DNA of 64,000 nt from an uncultured bacterium (GCA_903841185.1 CAIMIV010000042.1:11319-75318); one strand, 5' to 3'; positions 29,973 to 39,702 are shown, counted from the first letter of the stretch. Translations and numbers: made by a program. The notes: generated from the sequence alone by a model not told the origin.

Positions 29973-30392
29973 ATGGGAAGGGAACAACCGCCGACATTTG
30001 ATCCGCGTGATGAGAAATATAAAAAAGTGGAGGATTTGCCGGAAGAAGAGCAGGAGAATTTTGTAAAAGTGAATGGTGGATTTATTACGCAAAAGGCCAA
30101 GCGCTTTGAGGACGCGGTTTTGAAGCAGGAGGAATTGCTTAATCCAAAGATCTTTAGGGGAAAAACTGCTGACATAATTCAAAATAGCTTGAAGGAGTCA
30201 CCGGAGGAATATATAAAGCACCATCGGCGACTAAGGCGGTGTAAAGCGTGGGCCGCTGGAGAGGAAGCCGCTGTGGCCGAAAAAAATATTATGCCGAATG
30301 AGGAGACTATTCCGGAAGACGCTAGTACGGCGGATGGACAGTCAGCTTTGACAGAAGAGGAATTGTCTGAAAAAACATGCAAAAGAATATGA
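29973..30392 (+). CDS. Hypothetical acidic protein
   Basis: ATG-started ORF overlapping the next gene; no recognised motif. Confidence 0.5.
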   Translation: MGREQPPTFDPRDEKYKKVEDLPEEEQENFVKVNGGFITQKAKRFEDAVLKQEELLNPKIFRGKTADIIQNSLKESPEEYIKHHRRLRRCKAWAAGEEAAVAEKNIMPNEETIPEDASTADGQSALTEEELSEKTCKRI

Positions 30393-30778
30393 AAAAAGAT
30401 AACAGAAAAAATAGCCGGCGCAGCCTGGTTTTTGTATTAGGTGCTATTTTGTGGTTGAGTGTTATTTTTTTATTTTCTGCCGAGCCGAATTTGCGCTCAC
30501 CTTTTTCCTATAACGTAGATTTCGTTTTACGCAAAATAGCGCACATTGTGGAATATCTTATTTTGACGGTGCTGGTATGGAAGGCTTTGTTGCCGCGAGC
30601 CAAAGGCAACTTGTTGCTGGCGGTTTTTTTGATAGTCTTGAGCGCGGCGGTTTTGGATGAATGTCATCAATTGTTTGTCGCAGGGCGGGAAGGCACGCTC
30701 CGCGACGTGTTGTTTGACGCGGGGGGAATTTTCATTGCTTGGTATTTTATTATTAGAAAAAAAAATGAAAAAAGATAG
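30377..30778 (+). CDS. VanZ-family membrane protein
   Basis: RKIAHIVEYLIL, DECHQLFVAGREG..RDVLFD. Confidence 0.85.
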   Translation: MQKNMKKDNRKNSRRSLVFVLGAILWLSVIFLFSAEPNLRSPFSYNVDFVLRKIAHIVEYLILTVLVWKALLPRAKGNLLLAVFLIVLSAAVLDECHQLFVAGREGTLRDVLFDAGGIFIAWYFIIRKKNEKR

Positions 30779-31790
30779 CATCATTGAATTGGAGATGGGT
30801 GGCGGGGGAGAAAAATCATCGCAACTGATTGCGCAGATCCGGAAAAATTTCACGGTGAAGTCCAAATGGAAAAATAGCGCCGATGATGGAGCTGTTTTTG
30901 ATCTTGGTATAAATAATGTGGAGACGCCCCGCCAGGGCGTCTCCACAGCGTCGGATAAATTGGTGTTCACCACGGATGCTTTTATTGTGGATCCGATTTT
31001 TTTTGCCGGCGGCGACATTGGCAAGATTGCTATGTGTGGCACCATCAATGATTTATGCGTGATGGGCGCGCAGCCGATTGGCATTGGTTTGAGTGTGGTA
31101 ATTGAAGAAGGCTTTCCCGTAGATGATTTGGAAAAAATTATGCAGTCTATTGGAAAAATTTCCCAGGAAACCGGCGTGCCGATTGTGACGGGCGACACTA
31201 AGGTGACGGAAAAAGGCAAGCTCGACAAAATTGAAATTACTACATCGGGTGTCGGTTTGGCTAAAATAATAATCAATAATGGTGGAGCCAAGGTGGGCGA
31301 CGCCGTGATTGCCTCGGGCAATCTCGGCGAACACGCGGTGGCGCTTTTGGCGAGCCGCTTTAATTATAAAACAAAAATCCAGAGCGATTGTCAGCCCTTG
31401 ATTAAAGAAATTCAGAATGTTTCCCCGTATCTTACCTCGTGCAAAGACCCGACCCGCGGAGGTATGGCGGCGGTGCTTAATGAAATCGCGGAAAAATCTA
31501 AAGTAAAAATTGTTCTGGAGGAAGAGCTGTTGCCGTTTGCCAAGGAAACGGTGGCACTTTCCGGACTCTTGGGCATTGATAAATTTTCCTTTCCTTCTGA
31601 AGGGCGCTTTGTGGCCACGGTGCCGGAAAAACAGGCCAAAAAAGTGATTAAAATGCTGCAAAAATTCAATCCCGAGGCTAAAATTATCGGCCACGTGGAG
31701 CGTGGACGAGGCGTGCACCTGCAAACATCGCTAGGCAGCAGCAAAAAAATCGAAGTACCGCGAGGAAAGCTAATCCCGCGAATTTGTTAG
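30765..31790 (+). CDS. hypE: Hydrogenase maturation carbamoyl dehydratase
   Basis: FTTDAFIVDPIFFAGGDIG, TGDTKV, DPTRGG, C-terminal PRIC. Confidence 0.94.
   Translation: MKKDSIIELEMGGGGEKSSQLIAQIRKNFTVKSKWKNSADDGAVFDLGINNVETPRQGVSTASDKLVFTTDAFIVDPIFFAGGDIGKIAMCGTINDLCVMGAQPIGIGLSVVIEEGFPVDDLEKIMQSIGKISQETGVPIVTGDTKVTEKGKLDKIEITTSGVGLAKIIINNGGAKVGDAVIASGNLGEHAVALLASRFNYKTKIQSDCQPLIKEIQNVSPYLTSCKDPTRGGMAAVLNEIAEKSKVKIVLEEELLPFAKETVALSGLLGIDKFSFPSEGRFVATVPEKQAKKVIKMLQKFNPEAKIIGHVERGRGVHLQTSLGSSKKIEVPRGKLIPRIC
30917..30947. repeat. REP-like palindrome inside hypE, in frame
   Basis: tgtggagacgccc-cgcca-gggcgtctccaca, perfect 13-bp stem. Confidence 0.8.
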
Positions 31791-33059
31791 AAAATATATA
31801 ATCTGCCCAAATGAAAGTCCAGCGTCGCCACGCGGAATTTGCACAACCGGTATCCTTGAGGAGGAGCCGGTTTTTTTATTTTCAAAATATTCAGAAATTA
31901 TTTTGTTGTTGGCGATTCCGCCGGCGATAAAGATTTGTGGTGAGCAACTTTTGGATTGCAGTTCAATAATCTCGCTCAAGCCTTCAGCGATGTAGCGCTG
32001 GGCAGTCGCAGCCAGCCTCCTTTTGTCTTTGTTTATATTTTTAATTAGATATTCAAACAAATAAGTTGTATTCAGTATGTAATGTTTTTTTGAAAATTTA
32101 GTCATTGAAAATTCATTGTAAATTGTAAATTGTAAATTGGAAATTGAAGGGCTTTCCATAACTTCAATCTTTGGTTTTATATCCATATAGGGCTTACCGG
32201 AGTTGCTTTCTAAGAGGTCTATCGCTTCGTGTTTGTAGGTTCTCTTATTGTCGCAAAAACCCAGTAGCAGCGAGACGGCATCTAGGATGCGACCCGTGCT
32301 GGAAGTTTCCAGACAATTAAAATTTTGTTGAAGTTGATTATACAGAACTTCAAATTCCTGCGCGGAATAATATTTTTTCGCGAAATTGTAGATAAAGTTT
32401 TTTTGAGATTTGAGATTTGAGATTTGAGATTTGTTTGTCCCTTGTTTTTTGTAGCTTGTGATTTTATCAAGTATCGCGATTAGCATTCTCGCCGGCTCCT
32501 GAATAGCCAACTCTCCTCCCAGCAATATTTGATTTTCCAAATGCCCAACGCGCTCATTGGAAATTTTAAATTTTAAATTTGTAATTTTAAATATCTCTCC
32601 TCCCCAAATTTTCTCATCTAATCCATACCCCGTTCCATCGAGAGCAATTCCGAAAAAGTTTTGAGTTTTGAGTTTTGAGTTTTGAGATTTGTTTGTATCT
32701 TGTGTCTTGTATCTTGTATCTTGCGTGAGCTCTCCCAATTGGGAGAAGATATGGGCCACGTGGTGTTGAACCTGGACATGCTCAGCTTTAAATTTTTTTG
32801 CTAATTCCTTTCCCCATAAAGTGGTGTTCATATCCGGGTGCAGGTCAGTGATGATGACATCCGGCGTAACGGATGTTTTTTTGAGAAACGCTAGGACAGT
32901 CTTTTGAAAGGCCTTGAAATTAGCGTCTTCTTGGAGATCGCCAAAATCAGGGGAGAAAAAAAGTTGACCATTTTTGAAAAAGGAAAAATTGCCAGCCGAT
33001 TCGGCTCCTAGAGAGAGGATTTGTTGAATGGTGGAATGAGGGTATTTAAAAATTTGCAT
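31770..33059 (-). CDS. hypF: HypF C-terminal (Kae1-like) half only, with repeat insertions
   Basis: DLHPD, VQHHVAH, LDGTGYG.D..IWGGE, TSSTGRILDA, GDAGLSFGQ; no acylphosphatase, Zn-finger or YrdC domains. Confidence 0.85.
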   Translation of the reverse strand: MQIFKYPHSTIQQILSLGAESAGNFSFFKNGQLFFSPDFGDLQEDANFKAFQKTVLAFLKKTSVTPDVIITDLHPDMNTTLWGKELAKKFKAEHVQVQHHVAHIFSQLGELTQDTRYKTQDTNKSQNSKLKTQNFFGIALDGTGYGLDEKIWGGEIFKITNLKFKISNERVGHLENQILLGGELAIQEPARMLIAILDKITSYKKQGTNKSQISNLKSQKNFIYNFAKKYYSAQEFEVLYNQLQQNFNCLETSSTGRILDAVSLLLGFCDNKRTYKHEAIDLLESNSGKPYMDIKPKIEVMESPSISNLQFTIYNEFSMTKFSKKHYILNTTYLFEYLIKNINKDKRRLAATAQRYIAEGLSEIIELQSKSCSPQIFIAGGIANNKIISEYFENKKTGSSSRIPVVQIPRGDAGLSFGQIIYFLTNSRD

Positions 33060-33112
33060 GATTCGGGTAAAAAGATTATATATGTATGTAGTGTATAATA
33101 GAAATAATGAAT

Positions 33113-33294
33113 TTGACAAATCACGTCACTGTGTTATAAATAAGATTAAGAAGAAAAAAACTATGAATTATTCTTATACACAACAAAATAACTGGCGGCA
33201 TATTCAACTCTTGTAGGAAGAGCTTGGTTATGTTTTGTTATGTATAAAAACAATCACACATAAATATCCAACCCCTTCCTGGAAGGGTTTTTTT
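33113..33294 (+). promoter_or_regulatory. Promoter, 17-codon leader ORF (33163-33216) and terminator: attenuator-like leader
   Basis: ttgaca..tataaa; MNYSYTQQNNWRHIQLL*; hairpin over the uORF; cccttc-ctg-gaaggg followed by T7. Confidence 0.6.
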
Positions 33295-33403
33295 GTATGC
33301 AAAAAAGGTTTTTCTTGGAAGGCAGTTCTTTTAAAAGGTCTATTTCAATAGATAAATTGTTTGTCAAAAATTTAAGTGTGTCTGAGGCACAAGGAGGTGG
33401 AAA

Positions 33404-34195
33404 ATGGGTAAATATGGCGCATGGCAAGTGGGTGCAGGCATGGCGACATTGGGAGATTTGTCAATACCAATTACCCGGGACAAGCCGGGGGTATATGCTC
33501 GCGGAGAATATGGCGCGTTTTCTTCGGAAAGACGTGTAGCGATTTCAGGAGTGTGTTTGTTTGACGCTCGTTGGAGCGTGGAGTTCTCTACGGGCGGTGT
33601 GCGGTCAATCGCTTTGCCGTTGGATCGCTCGCGGGTACAAGATCGTATCCGGGAGCGGGGTTTTGAAGTCTCGCGGGTGATTTTTCCGTTGACGCTGACG
33701 GATTATCACACCAAGCTGTTGCATTTTGTTGCCAATACGGTGGAAAAATTGCAACCGGAAAAGTTGCTTTTCCATATTCCAATTGATGAATATTACGTGT
33801 ATATCCAGGAACTGGAAACGTTGATTGGGGGTGTGATTCCCGATGCCCAGGAGATTCTGGCGGGTTTTGCCGGGAAAGTGACGGACTGTTTTCGGGCAGA
33901 AATGCAGCGGGTCAAATTCGAGCGCTTTGAATTGATCCGGCCGATGCAGTGTGGCGCGGCGGATACGGAGCAATCCTATGCTATGCCCTACCAACAGCCA
34001 GAAGTTTTTGGCACAAACAAGGAGGCAATTTATGCTATTGAGGACCTGGTCGAAATGAAGATTGCTTTATTGACAGAGCAATGTCAGGGATACACCGTGC
34101 CAGTGAAATTCTGCGTGCTGGATATCCCGCATCCCTACGTAACTTTTTCAAAGAAGAATGTTATGCGGGGTGACATGGCAACGGTTTCTCTCTAG
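33404..34195 (+). CDS. Hypothetical protein
   Basis: 263-aa ORF with SD aaggaggtgg; followed by a 16-bp hairpin. Confidence 0.75.
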   Translation: MGKYGAWQVGAGMATLGDLSIPITRDKPGVYARGEYGAFSSERRVAISGVCLFDARWSVEFSTGGVRSIALPLDRSRVQDRIRERGFEVSRVIFPLTLTDYHTKLLHFVANTVEKLQPEKLLFHIPIDEYYVYIQELETLIGGVIPDAQEILAGFAGKVTDCFRAEMQRVKFERFELIRPMQCGAADTEQSYAMPYQQPEVFGTNKEAIYAIEDLVEMKIALLTEQCQGYTVPVKFCVLDIPHPYVTFSKKNVMRGDMATVSL

Positions 34196-34222
34196 GGAGT
34201 GGTCTTCATGGCGACATGTCTA

Positions 34223-34261
34223 ACCATACCTCATCTGTTATTATTACAGATGAGGTATGGT
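34223..34261. terminator. Perfect 16-bp stem-loop, probable terminator or RNA stabiliser
   Basis: accatacctcatctgt-tattatt-acagatgaggtatggt. Confidence 0.55.
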
Positions 34262-34344
34262 ATATTAAATGAATGCAGGAGTTTTAAAAATTAACAATAG
34301 GCCTATTGTGTAATGAGTTGCGTAACAGGTCTAATATTTGTTTT

Positions 34345-35328
34345 ATGAAAATTACAAAGTACAATGTGGATACATATATCCAGGGGAGTGTCTTTTTTGG
34401 CACCGGGGGTGGCTTGCCGGGTGATTTGCACCAAAAAATATTTCAAGATTTACTGGACAGTACGGATGAAATCAATGCGCATCCATTGGAAGCATTCCCG
34501 GATGAGGCGATATTGGTTTCGGCGTATGGCGTGGGCGACCCGTCAAAAATTCCGGAGAATTTCGTGGACAAGGTGCGAGAGGGATTTGCAAAATATAAAA
34601 AATTGACAGGCATAAAAATTGCCGGAATTGTTCCAGGGGAAATCGGTGCAGAGGGATTGGCTTTTCAAGTGGGGGCGTGTGTGGATCTGCCTATTGTGGA
34701 CGCCGATCTTGTAGGTGGGAGAGCTGCTCCGGAAATACAACTAGATGTTTTTAGTGTTTTCGGATTGCCAATAGTCCCAGTGGTTTTGTATGCCATGAAT
34801 GACAAGAGTATTTTTCTGGAAGGCAATTTTAGCGCGCAGGAAATAGAGCATATTTCACGTAATTTCTTCGCGCAAAATGGAGACAGCGGCTTCTTGATCG
34901 GTTATGGCATGTCAGCAGGAGAATATAAGAAATATGCGATGGCAGGCACTTTGTCGCAGACGATGCGAGCAGGGGAATTATTGCACGCTAAAAATAGCGC
35001 CGGCCTGGTAAGTTTGTTTGACGGGAAGATTATGAGCGAGGGGGTTATAGAGGCAGTAGAATTGAAGAGTCAGGATGGTTTTTTGGTAGGAAAAATTAAG
35101 CTCGCAGGAGGCGTGATGGAGGTCAAGAATGAGAACATTTCTTTTTTGCAAAAAAATGGTTCATTGGTGCAAGCACCGGACATCCTGATATTGCTTGCTG
35201 ATGATGGCACTCCTATACATAATACAAAAATAGCTGCCATGGTTGGACAGCACGTACGATTGATTTATCTGCCGGCGCAGGGATACTGGAATAGTGTCAT
35301 AGGGCGAGAACTATGGGAATTGCGGTAG
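34345..35328 (+). CDS. DUF917-family protein
   Basis: FGTGGG, EIGAEG, PIVDADLVGGRAAPE, KNENI, PDILI. Confidence 0.8.
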   Translation: MKITKYNVDTYIQGSVFFGTGGGLPGDLHQKIFQDLLDSTDEINAHPLEAFPDEAILVSAYGVGDPSKIPENFVDKVREGFAKYKKLTGIKIAGIVPGEIGAEGLAFQVGACVDLPIVDADLVGGRAAPEIQLDVFSVFGLPIVPVVLYAMNDKSIFLEGNFSAQEIEHISRNFFAQNGDSGFLIGYGMSAGEYKKYAMAGTLSQTMRAGELLHAKNSAGLVSLFDGKIMSEGVIEAVELKSQDGFLVGKIKLAGGVMEVKNENISFLQKNGSLVQAPDILILLADDGTPIHNTKIAAMVGQHVRLIYLPAQGYWNSVIGRELWELR

Positions 35329-35428
35329 TGAATTATTACGCAGCAGGTCTGGCTTATAGATATTCAAAACATAAAAAATGTGGTAGAATATAAGTATTAA
35401 AAAGAGTGAAGAAAAAATAAAAAATATT

Positions 35429-36199
35429 ATGGAAGAAAATATTAAAAAACCCCGAGTAGCCATTGTCAGTCTGACGTCTTGTGAAGGTTGTCAATTTGCT
35501 CTCCTGGACTTGGGAGAGAAGTTTATCGAATTTGCCACGCAGGTGGAGTTGGTGGATTTTCGTTTGATCGAGGATGAGGAAGATGACGGCCGGGAATTGG
35601 ATTTGGTGTTGGTGGAAGGCAATCCGGTGACGGAAGCTAATTTGAAAACATTGCAGTCGCTGCGCAAAAGAAGCAAGCTTTTAGTGGCCTTAGGAAATTG
35701 TGCGGCCATGGGAGGAGTGCCCGAAATTAAAAATTATCACGAAGGAGTGAACACCATCAAGCACGTCTACAAATATATTCATGGCATTAACAACCCTGAA
35801 ATCAGAGAGATTGATAATTTTGTGAAAGTGGATTTCACTTTTCCGGGATGTCCGATTACGGGAGAAGAATTTTTGCAATATATCCCGTTTCTTTTACGCG
35901 GTGAGATTCCCACAATTCCCGATCAACCGGTGTGTGTGGAATGTCGCGCGGCTGGCAATCGCTGTTTGCTGCTCGATAAGAAGCCTTGTTTTGGTCCGAT
36001 GATCCAAGGAGGGTGTGGCGCGGTTTGTCCCACTTCACGTATGACCTGCCAAGGTTGTCGCGGTTTGCGCCCCACGGGAAATGTCAAGGCGATGCGAGCG
36101 GCGCTTAAGAATATGATTAGTGACCATGAGTTTGAAAATATCGCGGAGATTTTCGGTTTGCGCGATGATATTGAGGCTAGGGAAAAAGAAACGAAATAA
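35429..36199 (+). CDS. [NiFe] hydrogenase small (delta) subunit, group 3b-like
   Basis: LTSCEGC, VEG, GNCA..GG, PGCP, VCVEC, PCFGP, CGAVCP, CQGCRG. Confidence 0.9.
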   Translation: MEENIKKPRVAIVSLTSCEGCQFALLDLGEKFIEFATQVELVDFRLIEDEEDDGRELDLVLVEGNPVTEANLKTLQSLRKRSKLLVALGNCAAMGGVPEIKNYHEGVNTIKHVYKYIHGINNPEIREIDNFVKVDFTFPGCPITGEEFLQYIPFLLRGEIPTIPDQPVCVECRAAGNRCLLLDKKPCFGPMIQGGCGAVCPTSRMTCQGCRGLRPTGNVKAMRAALKNMISDHEFENIAEIFGLRDDIEAREKETK

Positions 36200-36244
36200 A
36201 TTTAGTTAACTAATTAGGAGGAATAATCACTACTTATCAAAAAT

Positions 36245-37504
36245 ATGCAAATAAAAATCAATCATATTGCAAAGATGGAGGGACATACCGGCTTTATGGC
36301 CAGTGTCATTCATGGGGATGTGCGGAGTGCTAAATTGGAAGTGCAAGAAGGCATCCGCCTGATTGAAGGTGTGTTGATTGGCCGGCACTATGTGGACATG
36401 CCTATTATCGCTCAGCGCATCTGTGGCATCTGTCCGGTAGTGCACAATCTGACTTCCATCAAAGCCTTGGAGAATGCGATGGGGGTGACAGTGACGCCGG
36501 AAACAGAGAAGTTGCGTTCCGTCATGGAGTTGGGACAATTTATTCATTCTCATGCACTGCATCTTTTCTTTTTGTCGTTGGCCGATTTCTTGGATATGGA
36601 TAATGACATCCAGCTGATCAGCACTTATCCGGAAGAAACCAAAATTGCGGTGCGGTTGCGAGAGTTTGGTATGAGCATCGTCAAAGTGATTGGTGGGAGA
36701 GTGATTCATCCGATGAACAACGAGGTGGGCGGATTCAAAAAAGCGCCTGACGCAGAAGCTTTGCGCAAGATTGTGGAGAATAGTGAAGCTATTTTACAAG
36801 ACGCCTTGGCCTTGGGGGAATTTTTCAGAACCATAAAAATTCCGGATTTTCAAAGAAAAACCGAATATATCGCTTTGGGAAAGAAGGGAGAATATGCTAT
36901 TTATGCCGGGGATATTATTTCTTCGGAAGGGTTGCACATCGGTGTGGATAAGTTTGAAAATAATTTCCAGGAATTGCAAAAACAAAAAGAGGTGATTAAG
37001 CGCGTGGAGCATGAGGGCAAGAGTTATATGACCGGGGCCATCGCTCGCATCAATTTGAATCGCGATAAGCTCAATCCTCAAGCGAGTGCCTATTTGGACA
37101 GTTTGGGATTTGTTTTTCCGGATTACAATCCTTTTCATAATATCCTGGCGCAAATGGTGGAAGTGATTCATTGTGTGGAAGAAACCAGTCGCAAATTGAA
37201 AGAAATTTTGCAGAGTGATTTGGAAAAAGTGGTTACACAGCCTTATGAAGTGGCGGAAGGCGTGGGTGTCGCGGCCGTGGAAGCTCCGCGCGGAACACTC
37301 TATTATCACGTGGAAGTGGATGGTAATGGTTATATTAAAAATGCCAACATCATCACTCCCACCGCGCAGGTGCTGGCTAATCTGGAAGATGATATTGCGG
37401 ATTATATCAAGCAAATTATCGATTTGGAAGACGGGACGCGCCAAAAGAAATTACGGGCTTTCATTCGGGCGTATGATCCCTGTATTTCTTGCGCGGTACA
37501 CTAG
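36245..37504 (+). CDS. [NiFe] hydrogenase large (alpha) subunit, group 3b-like
   Basis: EGH, RICGICPVVH (L1), EAPRG, DPCISCAVH (L2) then stop. Confidence 0.93.
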   Translation: MQIKINHIAKMEGHTGFMASVIHGDVRSAKLEVQEGIRLIEGVLIGRHYVDMPIIAQRICGICPVVHNLTSIKALENAMGVTVTPETEKLRSVMELGQFIHSHALHLFFLSLADFLDMDNDIQLISTYPEETKIAVRLREFGMSIVKVIGGRVIHPMNNEVGGFKKAPDAEALRKIVENSEAILQDALALGEFFRTIKIPDFQRKTEYIALGKKGEYAIYAGDIISSEGLHIGVDKFENNFQELQKQKEVIKRVEHEGKSYMTGAIARINLNRDKLNPQASAYLDSLGFVFPDYNPFHNILAQMVEVIHCVEETSRKLKEILQSDLEKVVTQPYEVAEGVGVAAVEAPRGTLYYHVEVDGNGYIKNANIITPTAQVLANLEDDIADYIKQIIDLEDGTRQKKLRAFIRAYDPCISCAVH

Positions 37505-37632
37505 ATGCGAATGGGGTGCGAATGTTAAGAAAATAAATGCGAATAGTATATAATTTAATAATTTTTTTAATAAGTTGTTTGTGTTGAAATTAGAATAAAT
37601 TCGTTTTAGCATTAGCAATTATTTGCGAATAT

Positions 37633-38007
37633 ATGACAGAACTAAACCAGGTGTACAAATGTAATATCTGTGGCAATATGACCGAGGTCATCCATGTTGG
37701 CGGCGGGGAGTTGGTGTGTTGCGGAGCGGCGATGGAGCTGCAAGTGGAAAGAAATGATGAGGAGAGATATGAAAAACATAATCCAATAGTTGAGAGAGTG
37801 GAAGGTGGCATAATTGTGACTGTGGGAAGCATGCCTCATCCCATGGAAAGCGAGCATTATATCGAATGGATTGAAGTCATTACGGAACACCGCACTTACC
37901 GAAAAAATTTAGAGCCGGGTGGAGTGCCGGAAGCTGAATTCTTCTTTGAGGCGGAACATTTTGAAGTGCGAGCCTATTGTAATCTGCATGGAATGTGGGT
38001 GGCCTGA
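37633..38007 (+). CDS. dfx: Desulfoferrodoxin (2Fe superoxide reductase)
   Basis: CNICGN, LVCCG, EKH.P, HPM...HYIEWI, YCNLHG. Confidence 0.93.
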   Translation: MTELNQVYKCNICGNMTEVIHVGGGELVCCGAAMELQVERNDEERYEKHNPIVERVEGGIIVTVGSMPHPMESEHYIEWIEVITEHRTYRKNLEPGGVPEAEFFFEAEHFEVRAYCNLHGMWVA

Positions 38008-38014
38008 AGATATT

Positions 38015-38173
38015 ATCCCAGCACTAATTCCGATATAGTTTGTAGGTAATATGGGGATGCGTGTGCGAATTCGCCTCCGGCTAGGTTGAAATTTAATAAA
38101 TTAATTCAAGTGCGAATTAGTGCGGGATGCTTATTTTTATAGCTACTCGTTCCTCGCAGATAAAAATAGCATG
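38015..38173 (+). ncRNA. Structured ~160-nt intergenic element, copy A (before hypA)
   Basis: Shares atccc(a)gca..aattc, attcgcc..cggcta, gtgcgggatgc and tagctactcgt.cctcgca with the copies at 56853 and 57567. Confidence 0.65.
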
Positions 38174-38446
38174 CATGATTTTTTTCTGGCCAAACAAATA
38201 TTGGAAAAAATTAGAGAGATAGTCATGGAAAAGAAGTTGGAAAGAATTTCCAAGGTGTCGCTGGAAATTGGCAGTATTGTTTTGGCGCATGACAATCTGC
38301 CGGAACACCTGGAGGATATTAATATTGAAAATCTGGTATTCGGATTGAAAAGTTTTGCGAAAGACACCGCGCTGGCGCAAGTGGAATTTGATGTCCAAAA
38401 AGTGGCGGGAGAAAGTTGGAAAATAACCAGTATTGAGGTAGAATAA
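38171..38446 (+). CDS. hypA: HypA-like nickel metallochaperone lacking the Zn-binding Cys motifs
   Basis: MHDFFLAKQI, V.LEIG, TALAQVEF, GE..ITSIEVE; no Cys residues. Confidence 0.75.
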   Translation: MHDFFLAKQILEKIREIVMEKKLERISKVSLEIGSIVLAHDNLPEHLEDINIENLVFGLKSFAKDTALAQVEFDVQKVAGESWKITSIEVE

Positions 38447-38537
38447 AATCATATAACATAAAATATATAATACAAAACATACAACATGAAACAACTTCTG
38501 AAGAAGGACTTGTTACATGCTAGATGTTGCATATCAC

Positions 38538-39554
38538 ATGACCAAGATTGCAATCAATGGCTTCGGTCGCATCGGCAGACCGGCCTTCAAAATCGCTTTT
38601 GAAAAGTCTCGCCAAGGCGGAATGGAAGTGGTGGCGATTAATGACCTGACAGATTTGAAAACCGTGGCGCATCTGCTCAAATATGATTCCAGCTATGGAC
38701 AATACAATCGCAGTGTGGAAGTGGATGAGACTAGTTCAGAGCTGATTATTGATGGACAAAGAATAAAATATCTGATGGAACCTGATCCGGAAAAGCTTCC
38801 TTGGGGAGAATTGGGAGTGGAGATTGTTTTGGAATGTACGGGAATTTTTGAAGATCGGGAAAAATCGCAAAAGCACCTGGCTGCGGGAGCCAAAAAAGTG
38901 ATTCTTTCTGCTCCGCCGAAAGGAGATATTCCGGTATATTTGATTGGTATTAATGAAGAGAAATATAATCCCGAACAGGATCATATTATTTCTAACGGCT
39001 CTTGCACGACCAATTGTTTGGCGCCGATGATAAAAATTTTGGACGAAAATTTTGGCGTAGAAAAAGGTTTTATGACTACTACGCATTCCTATACCAATGA
39101 TCAACGCTTGCAAGATTTGCCGCATCGTGATTTGCGAAGAGCCAGGGCGGCAGCGTTGAATATTATCCCAACCACTACCGGTGCTGCCAAGACGGTAGGA
39201 CTAGTAATGCCGCATCTGGAGGGAAAGTTAGATGGCATCTCTCTGCGCGTGCCGACTCCTGTGGTGTCAATTGTGGATTTCATTTGTACATTGAAAAGAG
39301 ACACTAGCGTGGAAGAATTAAATACTGCCTTTCGAGCGGCAGCTCAGGAGCAGCTAAAGGATATCTTGGCAGTGGAGGAGGGGCAACTGGTTTCTATGGA
39401 TTTCAAGGGCAACCCGCATTCAACGATTGTGGATTTGCCATTGACCATGGCCAATGGCAACCTGGTCAAGGTGGTGGGTTGGTATGATAATGAGTGGGGA
39501 TACTCAAATAGGTTGGTGGAGATGGCCGAATTAGTAGGAAGTAAATTGGCATAA
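38538..39554 (+). CDS. gap: Glyceraldehyde-3-phosphate dehydrogenase, type I
   Basis: INGFGRIGR, SNGSCTTNCLAP, WYDNEWGYS. Confidence 0.97.
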   Translation: MTKIAINGFGRIGRPAFKIAFEKSRQGGMEVVAINDLTDLKTVAHLLKYDSSYGQYNRSVEVDETSSELIIDGQRIKYLMEPDPEKLPWGELGVEIVLECTGIFEDREKSQKHLAAGAKKVILSAPPKGDIPVYLIGINEEKYNPEQDHIISNGSCTTNCLAPMIKILDENFGVEKGFMTTTHSYTNDQRLQDLPHRDLRRARAAALNIIPTTTGAAKTVGLVMPHLEGKLDGISLRVPTPVVSIVDFICTLKRDTSVEELNTAFRAAAQEQLKDILAVEEGQLVSMDFKGNPHSTIVDLPLTMANGNLVKVVGWYDNEWGYSNRLVEMAELVGSKLA

Positions 39555-39583
39555 TGTAATTTTAATAGTAATTTTTGTAACAA

Positions 39584-39695
39584 AATTTTTAATTTCCAAT
39601 TTTTAATTTTATAAATAAATCTTAATTTCTAAATTTTTAAACATTAGAAATTAAAACATTATTTAAAAATTACAAAATTAAAAATTATAAAATTA
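39584..39695. repeat. AT-rich, ~8-nt periodic imperfect palindrome
   Basis: aatttttaatttccaatttttaatttt...aaaattacaaaattaaaaattataaaatt; similar tract at 21124-21260. Confidence 0.6.
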
Positions 39696-39702
39696 TATTC
39701 TC

